DNA from: Mesorhizobium sp.
Lineage (GTDB): Bacteria; Pseudomonadota; Alphaproteobacteria; Rhizobiales; Rhizobiaceae
Assembly: GCF_017306585.1 (NCBI RefSeq)
Contig: NZ_JAFKIC010000120.1
Span: 104-64,103, forward strand
Length of the DNA stretch: 64,000 nucleotides
Direction: 5' to 3'
Within the stretch, counting starts at the first letter, position 1, and the number at the start of each line of letters is the position of its first letter. Under the pieces are notes generated by a model that searched no databases, had not been told where the DNA came from, and saw only the letters and a list, made by a program, of their open reading frames with translations. Position numbers and translations under genes: made by a program. Shown piece by piece: positions 22,260 through 31,315 of the stretch.

Positions 22260-23054
22260 ATGGACAAGGGCAAGATTTTTCGCGACCTGCATGCCTCGAC
22301 CTTCGTCATGCCCAATCCCTGGGATCCGGGCACGACCAAGCTGCTGGCCTCCTTCGGGTTCAAGGCGCTGGCAACGACCAGCGCCGGCTTTGCCTTTTCG
22401 CGTGGCCTGCCGGACGGCGCGGTGAGCTTCGAGCAGATGATCCATCACTGCCGCGATGTGACGGCGGCAACCGAACTGCCGGTCTCGGCCGATCTCGAAA
22501 AAGGCAAGGGCGACAGCGCCGAGCAGGCCGCCGAAACGATCTTCGCGGCCGAAGCGGCCGGGCTTGCCGGCTGCTCGATCGAGGACCACACCGGCGATCC
22601 GGACAAGCCGATCTATGATTTCTCGCATGCGGTCGAACGCGTGGCGGCGGCGGCAGAAGCGGCGCGGGCGCTGAAACGCGATTTCATCTTCACGGCCCGG
22701 GCCGAGAATTTCCTGTGGGGCAGGTCCGACCTCGACGACACAATCAAGCGGCTGCAGGCCTTCGAGAAGGCCGGCGCCGACGTGCTCTATGCGCCGGGCA
22801 TCGGCGATGTCGAGATGGTGCGCACGCTCTGTTCGGCGGTCGGCAAGCCGGTCAATGTCATGGCGCGACCCGGCTTCACCATAGCGGACCTCTCCATGGC
22901 CGGCGTGAAGCGCATTTCGCTCGGCCCATGGCTGACCAATTTCGCCTATGGCATGCTGGAAACCGCAGCGCGCGAGATCCAGCAGGATGGCACGTTCGGC
23001 TTCACCCGCGCCGCCATGCCGTTCGGCAAACTGCAGGCGCTCTACGGCAAATGA
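22260..23054 (+). CDS. Isocitrate lyase / PEP mutase-family protein (methylisocitrate-lyase-like)
   Basis: The 264-aa protein has MPNPWDPGTTKLLASFGFKALATTSAGFA and CSIED blocks typical of the ICL/PEPM fold. Confidence 0.8.
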   Translation: MDKGKIFRDLHASTFVMPNPWDPGTTKLLASFGFKALATTSAGFAFSRGLPDGAVSFEQMIHHCRDVTAATELPVSADLEKGKGDSAEQAAETIFAAEAAGLAGCSIEDHTGDPDKPIYDFSHAVERVAAAAEAARALKRDFIFTARAENFLWGRSDLDDTIKRLQAFEKAGADVLYAPGIGDVEMVRTLCSAVGKPVNVMARPGFTIADLSMAGVKRISLGPWLTNFAYGMLETAAREIQQDGTFGFTRAAMPFGKLQALYGK

Positions 23055-24049
23055 CGCTGACCGTCGTCGACATGCATACGGGCGGCGAACCGCTCAGGAT
23101 CGTCACATCAGGCTATCCGGCCATCCCGAAGGGGACCATCCTGGAGAAGCGCGCCTATGTGCGCGACCATCTCGATCATCTGCGCAAGTTGCTGATCTTC
23201 GAGCCTCGCGGCCATTACGACATGTATGGCGCGCTGCTGGTCGAGCCGGACCTGCCCGGTGCCGATCTGGCGGTGCTGTTCATGCACAATGAGGGCTATT
23301 CCACCATGTGCGGCCACGCCATCATCGCGCTCGGCCGCTACGCCATCGATGAAGGACTGGTGGCCAAGCAGGAGCCGATCACCACAGTCAACATCGAGGC
23401 GCCGTGCGGGCTTGTCGTCGCCTCCGTGGAGGTCAGGGACGGCAAGGCGGGCGCCGTATCGTTCGAAAGCGTGCCGGCCTTCCTGTTTTCCGCTGACCAG
23501 CACATTGAACTGGAGGGCTACGGCGCCATCGGTTTCGACGTCGCCTATGGCGGCGCCTTCTACGCGCTGGCCGACTGCCATCAGTTCGGGCTGGAATTCG
23601 GCCGCGACCGCGTGCGCGATTTCGTCGATGCCGCAACCGCGCTGACGAACCGGCTGAAGACCGAATTCCCGCTGTCGCATCCCGATCACGATGACCTCGC
23701 CTTCCTCTACGGCACCATTCTGACCGACGGCCGCGATGCGTTCTCGGGAGACCTGACCAAGAATGTCTGCGTTTTCGCCGAGGCGGAGGTCGACCGTTCG
23801 CCGACCGGCTCCGGCGTCACCGCGCGGCTGGCGGCGATGTTTGCCAAGGGCCAGATCGCGATCGGCCAGACGCGGACTTTCGAGAGCATCGCCGGATCGC
23901 GCTTTTCCGGCGCGGTGGCGCGGACGGCGAAGGCCGGCCCGCACGAGGCCGTCATCGCGCGCGTCGGCGGCCGCGCCTATTATTCCGGTCGCGCGGAATT
24001 CACCGTCGAGGCCGATGACGAGCTTGGACGCGGCTTTCTTCTACGCTGA
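23051..24049 (+). CDS. Proline racemase-superfamily enzyme with a Cys/Thr catalytic pair (probable trans-3-hydroxy-L-proline dehydratase)
   Basis: The ATG at 23051 overlaps the upstream stop (ATGA). MHTGGEPLRIV, a first catalytic motif STMCGH and a second motif DRSPTGSG (Thr where racemases/epimerases have Cys) are present. Confidence 0.8.
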   Translation: MTLTVVDMHTGGEPLRIVTSGYPAIPKGTILEKRAYVRDHLDHLRKLLIFEPRGHYDMYGALLVEPDLPGADLAVLFMHNEGYSTMCGHAIIALGRYAIDEGLVAKQEPITTVNIEAPCGLVVASVEVRDGKAGAVSFESVPAFLFSADQHIELEGYGAIGFDVAYGGAFYALADCHQFGLEFGRDRVRDFVDAATALTNRLKTEFPLSHPDHDDLAFLYGTILTDGRDAFSGDLTKNVCVFAEAEVDRSPTGSGVTARLAAMFAKGQIAIGQTRTFESIAGSRFSGAVARTAKAGPHEAVIARVGGRAYYSGRAEFTVEADDELGRGFLLR

Positions 24050-24745
24050 CCGGACAACCGCGCGCGCCGAAACGGCCTTGTGCAGATGCACCATCATGGC
24101 GGCGGCGAAAAGCGGCGTCAGAAGGTTGAGCAGCGGCACGGCGAGAAAGGCGGCAATGACCAGCCCGGCGAGGAACACCGTTCCCGCATGTTGCCGGCGC
24201 AAGGCCTTGGCCTCTTCCTCCGGGCGAAAGCGCATGGCGGCGAATTCGAAGAATTCGCGCCCGAGCAGGTAGCCGTTGACGACGAAGAAGGCGGCGATGT
24301 TGATGCCTGGAACCAGCAGAAGCAGGAGCGCCACGATATTGCCCAGGATGACGACGCCGAAAAATCTTATGGCCAGCACCAGCGAGCGCAGCGCCGGCAG
24401 GGCGCGCCCGACCGGGTCACGGGGATAGTCGGTGCGCTCGACCACCTCGGCGACGTCGTCGAGGAACAGGCCGGCGATCACGGCGGTGACTGGCGCGACG
24501 AGCAGGGCCATGCCGAAGGCGAGCGCGATGGCCGCCACGATGCCGCCGAGCCAGCCGGCCCAAGCGGGAATGCCCGGCAGCAACGCCTGCAGCCACGGCA
24601 GCGCCAGCCATTCGACGAGGCTGGTGAGGCCCAGCCACAAGGCGACGAGCGCCAGGAGCGTCAGGCCGAGCGTCTTGATGAACACGGCACGGAAGGGCGG
24701 CGTAAGCAGCTCGAGGGCCGCAGTGCGGGCGGCATCTAATATCAC
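24041..24745 (-). CDS. EI24/CysZ-like integral membrane protein
   Basis: The 234-aa polytopic membrane protein resembles CysZ/EI24-domain proteins in sequence pattern. The assignment is by eye only. Confidence 0.65.
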   Translation of the reverse strand: MILDAARTAALELLTPPFRAVFIKTLGLTLLALVALWLGLTSLVEWLALPWLQALLPGIPAWAGWLGGIVAAIALAFGMALLVAPVTAVIAGLFLDDVAEVVERTDYPRDPVGRALPALRSLVLAIRFFGVVILGNIVALLLLLVPGINIAAFFVVNGYLLGREFFEFAAMRFRPEEEAKALRRQHAGTVFLAGLVIAAFLAVPLLNLLTPLFAAAMMVHLHKAVSARAVVRSA

Positions 24746-24832
24746 TGTGTGTCACCCCGGGTCAGGTCGGCCGAATTGGCGGGCAAACCCGAGATAGGCA
24801 GCGCGGGCCGCCAGCACAAGCGCCGCAGGCGC

Positions 24833-25735
24833 CTACCGCGCGAGGACAGGCTTGCGGACCGGAATGGTCATAGCCGCAACGCCGGCGACGACGAAGGCCA
24901 TGCCCAGCCATGCCGTTGGGCCTAGGCTTTCGCCGAGGAACACCGCGCCGATGCCGACGCCGATCGGCACGCGCAGATAGGCCTGCGATGTCGTGCCGAC
25001 CGAACCCAGCGTGTGGATGAGGCGGAAATAGATGACAAAGGCGAGCGCGGTCGAAAACACCGACAGGCCGAGCAAGGCGAGGATCGACGCCATCGATGGC
25101 GTGAGCGTCCAGGGCTGGTCGATCACGAGGCTCAGGGGCACCAGGATGACGGCGCCGCACAGCATGGACCCGGCCGCCGGCAGCATCGGGTCGAGACCCT
25201 TGAACCCACGGCCGAAGATCGCGGCGCCGGCATAGGATACCGTTGCGACGACAATGGCGAGCTGGGCCCAGAGCTCATGGCCGAGGCCGCCCAGCGCCTC
25301 GGTGCCGATGATCAGGCAGATGCCGATAATGCCGGCGCCGACGCCGACGAGCTTGCGCGTCGTCACCGGCTCATGGCGGGTGATGAGCGCGGTGAGCAGG
25401 AAGGTGAAGATCGGCGAGGTCGAGTTGAGAATGGTGGCGAGGCCGGCGTCGACCGACCGTTCGGCAGCCGCGATCAGCGTGAACGGCACGACGCTGTTGA
25501 GGCAGGCCTGGAAAGCGAAGCGGCGCCATGTGGCCGCATCGCGCGGCATAGCGAGCCCGCGCCAGCGGAGGACGGCGAGAAGAAGACCGCCTGCGATCAG
25601 GGTGCGCGCCGCAATGAAGGTGACCGGCGGAATGGTTTCGACACCGATCTTGATGAAGGTATAGGAGGCGCCCCACAGCACAGCCAGCAGGCCGAGCAGG
25701 GCCAGGTCCGTGGTGGTGTCGCTTCTTGCCGTCAT
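24833..25735 (-). CDS. EamA/DMT-family transporter
   Basis: The ATG at 25735 (MTARSDTTTDLALLGLLAVLWGASYTFIK) gives a 300-aa, 10-TM-like protein with duplicated EamA architecture. Confidence 0.8.
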   Translation of the reverse strand: MTARSDTTTDLALLGLLAVLWGASYTFIKIGVETIPPVTFIAARTLIAGGLLLAVLRWRGLAMPRDAATWRRFAFQACLNSVVPFTLIAAAERSVDAGLATILNSTSPIFTFLLTALITRHEPVTTRKLVGVGAGIIGICLIIGTEALGGLGHELWAQLAIVVATVSYAGAAIFGRGFKGLDPMLPAAGSMLCGAVILVPLSLVIDQPWTLTPSMASILALLGLSVFSTALAFVIYFRLIHTLGSVGTTSQAYLRVPIGVGIGAVFLGESLGPTAWLGMAFVVAGVAAMTIPVRKPVLAR

Positions 25736-25930
25736 CGACTGGTTGCCTTCGGGCCGGTTTGAAGGGCCTGTTCTAGGCAAGCGCGCGATGAAATGTTTCG
25801 GCCACGGTCGAATTGTCGTAGCGCCTGGTTTTGGCGCCATCGGCCAAACTGCGGGCCGCGCTCTAGGCAAAGCCGTCGCGAATCGCTAGACCCGCGCCCG
25901 GCCGGCGTGGCAAGAAGCCGGCTCTCTCTT

Positions 25931-25984
25931 TGTACGCAATTCCTGTGGGGAAACCGCTAAGCACTTTTCCTGGAATTGCTCTAG
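25931..25984. repeat. RIME-like ~55-bp intergenic repeat (family C)
   Basis: tgtacgcaattcctgtggggaaaccgctaagcacttttcctggaattgctctag is a second copy of the element at 21250-21303. Confidence 0.75.
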
Positions 25985-26004
25985 GTTTTTTGGTGGAGAC
26001 ATTG

Positions 26005-26997
26005 ATGCCGGATTATGACGTGCTTTGTATCGGCAATGCCATTGTCGACATCATCGCCCAGTGCGAAGAGGACTTTCTCCAAACCAACGGCATCATCAAG
26101 GGCGCGATGAACCTCATCGACGCCCAGCGCGCCGAACTGCTCTACAGCCGCATGGGGCCGGCGATCGAAGCCTCTGGCGGCAGCGCCGGCAACACGGCGG
26201 CGGGCGTGGCCTCCTTCGGCGGACGCGCCGCCTTCTTCGGCAAGGTTTCCAACGATGCGCTGGGCGAAATCTACGCGCACGACATTCATGCGCAGGGTGT
26301 CGCCTTCGACACCAGGCCGCTCCAGGGCGAACCGCCGACGGCGCGCTCGATGATCTTCGTCACTCCCGACGGCGAGCGTTCGATGAACACCTATCTCGGC
26401 GCCTGCGTCGAGCTTGGGCCGGAAGATGTCGAGGCCGACAAGGCGTCGGGCGCCAAGGTCACCTATTTCGAGGGCTATCTGTGGGATCCGCCGCGCGCCA
26501 AGGAGGCGATCCGGCAGACGGCGAGGCTGGCGCACGCGGCCGGCCGCGAAGTGTCGATGACGCTGTCGGATTCGTTCTGCGTCGACCGCTACCGCGACGA
26601 GTTCCTCGACCTGATGCGCTCGGGCACCGTCGACATCGTCTTTGCCAACAGCCACGAGATCAAGTCGCTGTACCAGACGTCCTCGTTCGAAGAAGCGCTG
26701 GCGCAGATTCGCAAGGACTGCAGGATAGCCGCGGTGACGCGGTCGGAAAAAGGCTCGGTCATCGTGCGCGGCGACGAGACCGTGGTCATCAAGGCGACCG
26801 CGATCAAGGAACTGGTCGACACGACCGGCGCCGGCGATCTCTATGCCGCCGGCTTCCTGCACGGCTACACGCAGGGCCGCGACCTGCAGACCTGCGGCGA
26901 CCTCGGCTCACTGGCGGCCGGACTTGTCATCCAGCAGATCGGCCCAAGACCAAGGCAGAATCTGCGCAAGGAGGCGGAACTGGCCGGCTTGCTGTAG
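26005..26997 (+). CDS. PfkB-family carbohydrate/nucleoside kinase (adenosine kinase-like)
   Basis: The ATG at 26005 gives MPDYDVLCIGNAIVDI. The PfkB signature DTTGAGDLYAAGFL lies near the C-terminus. Confidence 0.85.
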   Translation: MPDYDVLCIGNAIVDIIAQCEEDFLQTNGIIKGAMNLIDAQRAELLYSRMGPAIEASGGSAGNTAAGVASFGGRAAFFGKVSNDALGEIYAHDIHAQGVAFDTRPLQGEPPTARSMIFVTPDGERSMNTYLGACVELGPEDVEADKASGAKVTYFEGYLWDPPRAKEAIRQTARLAHAAGREVSMTLSDSFCVDRYRDEFLDLMRSGTVDIVFANSHEIKSLYQTSSFEEALAQIRKDCRIAAVTRSEKGSVIVRGDETVVIKATAIKELVDTTGAGDLYAAGFLHGYTQGRDLQTCGDLGSLAAGLVIQQIGPRPRQNLRKEAELAGLL

Positions 26998-27009
26998 GGG
27001 GAAAATCTG

Positions 27010-27217
27010 CCGATCTCCCCCCATGTGGGGGAGATGGCCGGCAGGCCAGAGGGGGGCGCTGTCCCGCCGGCGTCTCCAAGTCTTCCATGCCAATGGACAG
27101 TATGCTTTCGCCGGCGCCGGGCGGGCCGCGTCGGTCAGCACAAACATCGCGACGGTAGCGATCCTTCGCGCCCCCCTCTGCCCTGCCGGGCATCTCCCCC
27201 ACAAGGGGGGAGATCGG
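27010..27217. repeat. Inverted pair of GC-rich hairpin repeat units (family A)
   Basis: ccgatctcccccc-atgt-gggggagatggccggcaggccagaggggggcgc (27010-27059) and the inverted unit gcgcccccctctgccctgccgggcatctccccc-acaa-ggggggagatcgg (27168-27217) are arranged opposite to the pair at 18065. Confidence 0.85.
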
Positions 27218-27437
27218 CGACTTTACCGTCGCGCGGTTGTCACATATCGCTCCTACACGAAAATGAGAGCGCTCCGTGACTGACATTTCGGGGCGCTTAT
27301 CGGGGTGTGGAAGAATGCAGGACAGCTGCCTGTCTGGTTGCTGCATCTGTTTCCGTTGCGCTTTCCGCTTTCAGTCGTAGCCGTTCAACAAATGGCCGCC
27401 GCTGAGGGAGGAGAGCGCGCGGTCCAGAGACAGATGC

Positions 27438-28148
27438 ATGACCAAATTTCAGATTGAGACGACCGGCATCACGCAGGACGATTTCGCCGAGATGGTGGCG
27501 GAAAAAGTCGAACGCGCGCTTGCCCACTATGACGAGGCCATCAACAAGCCCACAATGGTTTCCGTCGGCAAGATAGCCGGCTCCATAGCGTCGGCAGTCA
27601 CCTTGCTGTCTCCCAAACACCAGCGCGCCATCGACGCCATCCATGCCGATCTTCCCGGCCTCGCCGCGAAATTCGTGCGCGCGCTGGCGGCGGAAGCCGC
27701 GCGCCGCAGCGAGGCCGGCGTCGCCGGCGCCGACAGCCTGCCTTCGGTGCCGATTGCCAACGCCGAAACCCCGCCCCCGCTGCCGCAATCCGACGATCTC
27801 GAATCGATGCTGATCGAGGATTGGGCCGGCCGCGTCGCCGGCTCCACCTATCTGGAGGAAAACCTCCACATCGCGCGCTCGACGCTGCATCGCTGGCAAA
27901 GGCGAAACGACGTCGTCGCCTTGCGCAAGGGCGGCCGCAAGCACGTCTTCCCGCTGGCGCAGTTCGTCGACGGCAGGCCGGTGGCTGGTCTCTCCGAAGT
28001 GCAGGCCCAGATCGGCAATCCAAGGCTTGCCTGGCTCTGGCTGACGCGCCCCGCCATTCAGCTTGACGGCCGCATTCCGATCGACCTGCTGCGAGCCGAT
28101 CAGGTCGAAGAGGTCGTCGAGGCGGCGCGAGGCGCTGCGGCGGGTTGA
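27438..28148 (+). CDS. Hypothetical protein with an HTH-like segment and an antitoxin-type (Xre/MbcA/ParS C-terminal, DUF2384-like) tail
   Basis: The 236-aa protein has a C-terminal third LHIARSTLHRWQRRNDVVALRKGGRKHVFPLAQF ... PRLAWLWLTRPAIQLDGRIPIDLLRADQVEEVVEAARG that resembles DUF2384 antitoxin domains. The N-terminal 130 aa are unassigned. Confidence 0.5.
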   Translation: MTKFQIETTGITQDDFAEMVAEKVERALAHYDEAINKPTMVSVGKIAGSIASAVTLLSPKHQRAIDAIHADLPGLAAKFVRALAAEAARRSEAGVAGADSLPSVPIANAETPPPLPQSDDLESMLIEDWAGRVAGSTYLEENLHIARSTLHRWQRRNDVVALRKGGRKHVFPLAQFVDGRPVAGLSEVQAQIGNPRLAWLWLTRPAIQLDGRIPIDLLRADQVEEVVEAARGAAAG

Positions 28149-28166
28149 ATCCGGCAGAGAGGCCCT

Positions 28167-29126
28167 TCAGCCTTTCCGCTCCGCCAAAAGGCCAAGATAG
28201 TGCTGCAGCACCGTCGCGCCCGCGATCGAAGTGATATCGGCGTGATCATAGGCAGGCGCCACCTCGACGACGTCAGCGCCGACAATGTCGAGCGAACCGA
28301 TCCGGCGCAGGATCATCAGGGCCTCACGCGAAGAGAGGCCACCCGCGACCGGCGTGCCGGTGCCGGGAGCGTAAGCCGGATCGAGGCAATCGATATCGAA
28401 AGTCAGGTAGGCCTTGGCATCGCCGACGCGAGCCTTGATGCGCTCGACAGTGCCGGCGACGCCAAGCTCGGCGACATCTTCTCCGTAAAGAATCTCAAGT
28501 CCGCAGGTTTCCGGCGCATGGGTCCTGATGCCGACCTGGATCGAGCGGTCCGGCCTGATGATGCCTTCGCGCACGGCGCGGGCGACGAAGGAGCCGTGGT
28601 CGATGCGCTGCTCCTCGTCGAACCAGGTGTCCTGATGGGCGTCGAACTGGACAAGCGCCATCGGGCCGTATTTCCTGGCATGCGCACGCAGCAAGGGCCA
28701 TGTCACATAGTGATCGCCGCCGATGGAGAGCAGCGTGACGCCGGCATCCACCACTTCGCTCGCCTGCGCCTCGATTTGCCGTGGCGTATCGTCATGCCGG
28801 CCGAAATCGAGCCCGCAATCGCCATAGTCGATCACCGCCAGCTTCTCGAACGGGTCGACCTGGAACGGATATTGCGGGTCGCCCTCGAGAATGGCGGAAG
28901 CGCGCCGCACGCCTTGCGGCCCGAAGCGGGCGCCCGGACGATTGGAGACCGCCGCGTCGAAGGGGATGCCCCATATCGCGGCATCGACGCCGGTGAGATC
29001 GCGGCTCAGCCTGCGGCGCATGAAGGACAGGACGCCGCTGTAAACCGGCTCATGCGAGCCGCCGTGGATGTTCTTGCCGAAGACGGCATTGTCGGTTTCG
29101 CGGGCGCGTGGCGGGGATTGCAACAT
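28167..29126 (-). CDS. Ureohydrolase (agmatinase / guanidinobutyrase family)
   Basis: Arginase-fold Mn ligand motifs FDAHQD, GGDH and DIDCLDP are present. The ATG at 29126 avoids overlap with the upstream binding-protein gene. Confidence 0.85.
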   Translation of the reverse strand: MLQSPPRARETDNAVFGKNIHGGSHEPVYSGVLSFMRRRLSRDLTGVDAAIWGIPFDAAVSNRPGARFGPQGVRRASAILEGDPQYPFQVDPFEKLAVIDYGDCGLDFGRHDDTPRQIEAQASEVVDAGVTLLSIGGDHYVTWPLLRAHARKYGPMALVQFDAHQDTWFDEEQRIDHGSFVARAVREGIIRPDRSIQVGIRTHAPETCGLEILYGEDVAELGVAGTVERIKARVGDAKAYLTFDIDCLDPAYAPGTGTPVAGGLSSREALMILRRIGSLDIVGADVVEVAPAYDHADITSIAGATVLQHYLGLLAERKG

Positions 29127-29167
29127 TTGCTGATGTCCGTTCTGGAGGGCTGGTCGCGGAAGAGGGT

Positions 29168-30268
29168 TCAATCGGTTCCGGTAACGAAACTCGTCCATAG
29201 ACGAGTGACTGTGCGCAGCGACTTCGGATCGCGCGGCTGGGCGGCGAAGAGCCGCTTCAGTATGTCCTTGGAGAAATAGATGTTGGGGTTGTCGCTCACG
29301 GCCTTGTCGACCAGCGGCGTCGCGGCCTGGACGGCATTGGGATAAAGCGTGGCATTGGTAAAACGCGCGCTGACCTGGGGCGACAGCAGGAAATTGATCA
29401 GCGCATGGGCATTCTCCGGATGCGGCGCATCGACAGGAATGGTCATGACGTCAAAGAAGATTTCGGTGCCTTCCCTCGGCACGGCATAGCGCACTTCGAT
29501 GCCGTTCCTGGAGTCGGCCGCCCTGGCGTTGGCGCCGATCGCATCGCCGCTCCAGCCGAGCGCCAGGCAAAGATCGCCCGACGCCAGTTCGGTCATGATC
29601 GAGCCCGACTTGAAATGCCTGATGTAGGGTTTGATGGCGGCAAGCAAGGCGCCGGCCTTGCGCAATTCGGCCTCGTTGGTCGAGAACGGATCGAAGCCGA
29701 GATAGTTGAGCGCCACCGACATCACGCCCTCGGGTGAATCGACCATGGCGATGCCGCAGTCCTTGAATCTGGCGGCGACCTCCGGCTTGAAGATCATGTC
29801 GAGGCTGTCGACCGGCGCATCCTTCATGCGTTGCGCGATCGTGGCCGGATTGTACATGATGCCAGTGGTGCCGTAGGCATAGGGGATCGAATAGGCATTG
29901 CCAGGATCCTGCCTGGCCAGGAAGGCCATGATATCCGGGTTCAGGCCGGCGGCATTGGGAATGGCGGCCTTGCCGAGCTTCTGGATGGCGCCCGCCTTGG
30001 CGTACTGTCCGACGAGCGAGGCGCCCGGCATGATCAGGTCGTAGCCGGAGCCTCCGGTCAGCGCCTTGGTCGTCAGCATGTCGACAGAATCGAACGTGTC
30101 GTAGACGATCTTGATGCCGGTTTGTTTCTCGAACTCGGCGATGGTCTCGGCCGGCACATAGTCGTACCAGAAGTAGATGTTGACCGTCTTGTCCTCGGCG
30201 GCGGACGCACCGCCGCATAGCGCCGAAAGGCCAAGCATCGAAGCGGCAAGCAAGGCAAGACGGCGCAT
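29168..30268 (-). CDS. Polyamine (putrescine/spermidine, PotF/PotD-like) ABC substrate-binding protein
   Basis: The ATG at 30268 gives the signal peptide MRRLALLAASMLGLSALCGGASAAED. The mature sequence starts NIYFWYDYVPAE, typical of PotF/PotD. Confidence 0.85.
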   Translation of the reverse strand: MRRLALLAASMLGLSALCGGASAAEDKTVNIYFWYDYVPAETIAEFEKQTGIKIVYDTFDSVDMLTTKALTGGSGYDLIMPGASLVGQYAKAGAIQKLGKAAIPNAAGLNPDIMAFLARQDPGNAYSIPYAYGTTGIMYNPATIAQRMKDAPVDSLDMIFKPEVAARFKDCGIAMVDSPEGVMSVALNYLGFDPFSTNEAELRKAGALLAAIKPYIRHFKSGSIMTELASGDLCLALGWSGDAIGANARAADSRNGIEVRYAVPREGTEIFFDVMTIPVDAPHPENAHALINFLLSPQVSARFTNATLYPNAVQAATPLVDKAVSDNPNIYFSKDILKRLFAAQPRDPKSLRTVTRLWTSFVTGTD

Positions 30269-30390
30269 GGCAAACACCTCTTTGCGGGTCGGGATGGCGG
30301 CAAGACTGCCCGACGCGGCCACCATCGACAAACGGCGTTTTATCGATCCATACTTGACAAAAACTCATCTGTTGCCATGTCATCCGCCCC

Positions 30391-31296
30391 ATGAAGCTTC
30401 CGTCCCTCAACGCGATCCGGGCTTTCGAAGCGGCGGCGCGGCTGCGCAGCTTCAAGAGCGCCGCCGATGAGTTGCGGCTGACGCCCTCGGCCGTAAGCCG
30501 GCACATCCGCTCGCTGGAACAGGCGCTGGGCACCGACCTATTCGAGCGCGGCATCCGGCAGGTGACACTGACGCCGAAAGCCACCCACTATGCCCGCAGG
30601 CTTTCCACCGCTTTCAGGTCGATCGAAAATGCCACGGAGGAAATGGATAGCCATGGCCGGCCGGAAGCCGCCAGACGCGCCTCGCTGTCGATCAACGCCA
30701 CCTTCATGAACCTGTGGCTCGCCGATCGCCTGCCGCAATTCCGCGCCGAGCATCCCGACTGCGAGCTCGATGTGGCGATCCATGACGATGAAAACCGGGG
30801 CGGCAATCCGAGCGCGGACCTGCGCGTGCTGTTCACGGCCGACACCGATCCGTCACTGGTGCAGCTCGTTGCGCTGGCGGTGTTTCCTGTCTGCGCGCCG
30901 TCGCTTCTGGAGGGGCCGCAGGCGCCGAAAAGACCGGCCGATCTGGCAAGGTGCCGGCTGCTGCACGAAAACACCACCGCCTGGTGGGAGGAATGGTTCG
31001 AGAAGGAAGGGCTGACCGGGCTCGACGCCAGATCCGGCCCGATTTTCCACGACCCGGCGCTGGCGGTGCGCGAGGCCGTCAACGGCGGCGGCGTGGCGCT
31101 GATCGACAACATCATGGCGCAGGACCTGCTGGCCAGCGGCCGATTGGTGGCGCCGTTCAGAGGGCGTCACGCAATCGCGCAAAGCTATTGCCTACAACAG
31201 AGGTCGGGCAGCCGAAGCACGGCAAGCATCAGGCTGTTTCGCAAATGGCTGCTCGCGGAGATCGACGAGCACAAGCGGGTGATGGGGCTGGCCTGA
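30391..31296 (+). CDS. LysR-family transcriptional regulator (GcvA-like)
   Basis: MKLPSLNAIRAFEAAARLRSFKSAADELRLTPSAVSRHIRSLE is followed by a LysR substrate-binding domain. The gene is divergent from the binding-protein/ureohydrolase pair. Confidence 0.85.
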   Translation: MKLPSLNAIRAFEAAARLRSFKSAADELRLTPSAVSRHIRSLEQALGTDLFERGIRQVTLTPKATHYARRLSTAFRSIENATEEMDSHGRPEAARRASLSINATFMNLWLADRLPQFRAEHPDCELDVAIHDDENRGGNPSADLRVLFTADTDPSLVQLVALAVFPVCAPSLLEGPQAPKRPADLARCRLLHENTTAWWEEWFEKEGLTGLDARSGPIFHDPALAVREAVNGGGVALIDNIMAQDLLASGRLVAPFRGRHAIAQSYCLQQRSGSRSTASIRLFRKWLLAEIDEHKRVMGLA

Positions 31297-31315
31297 GGCC
31301 TCGCGCGACTCCCCC

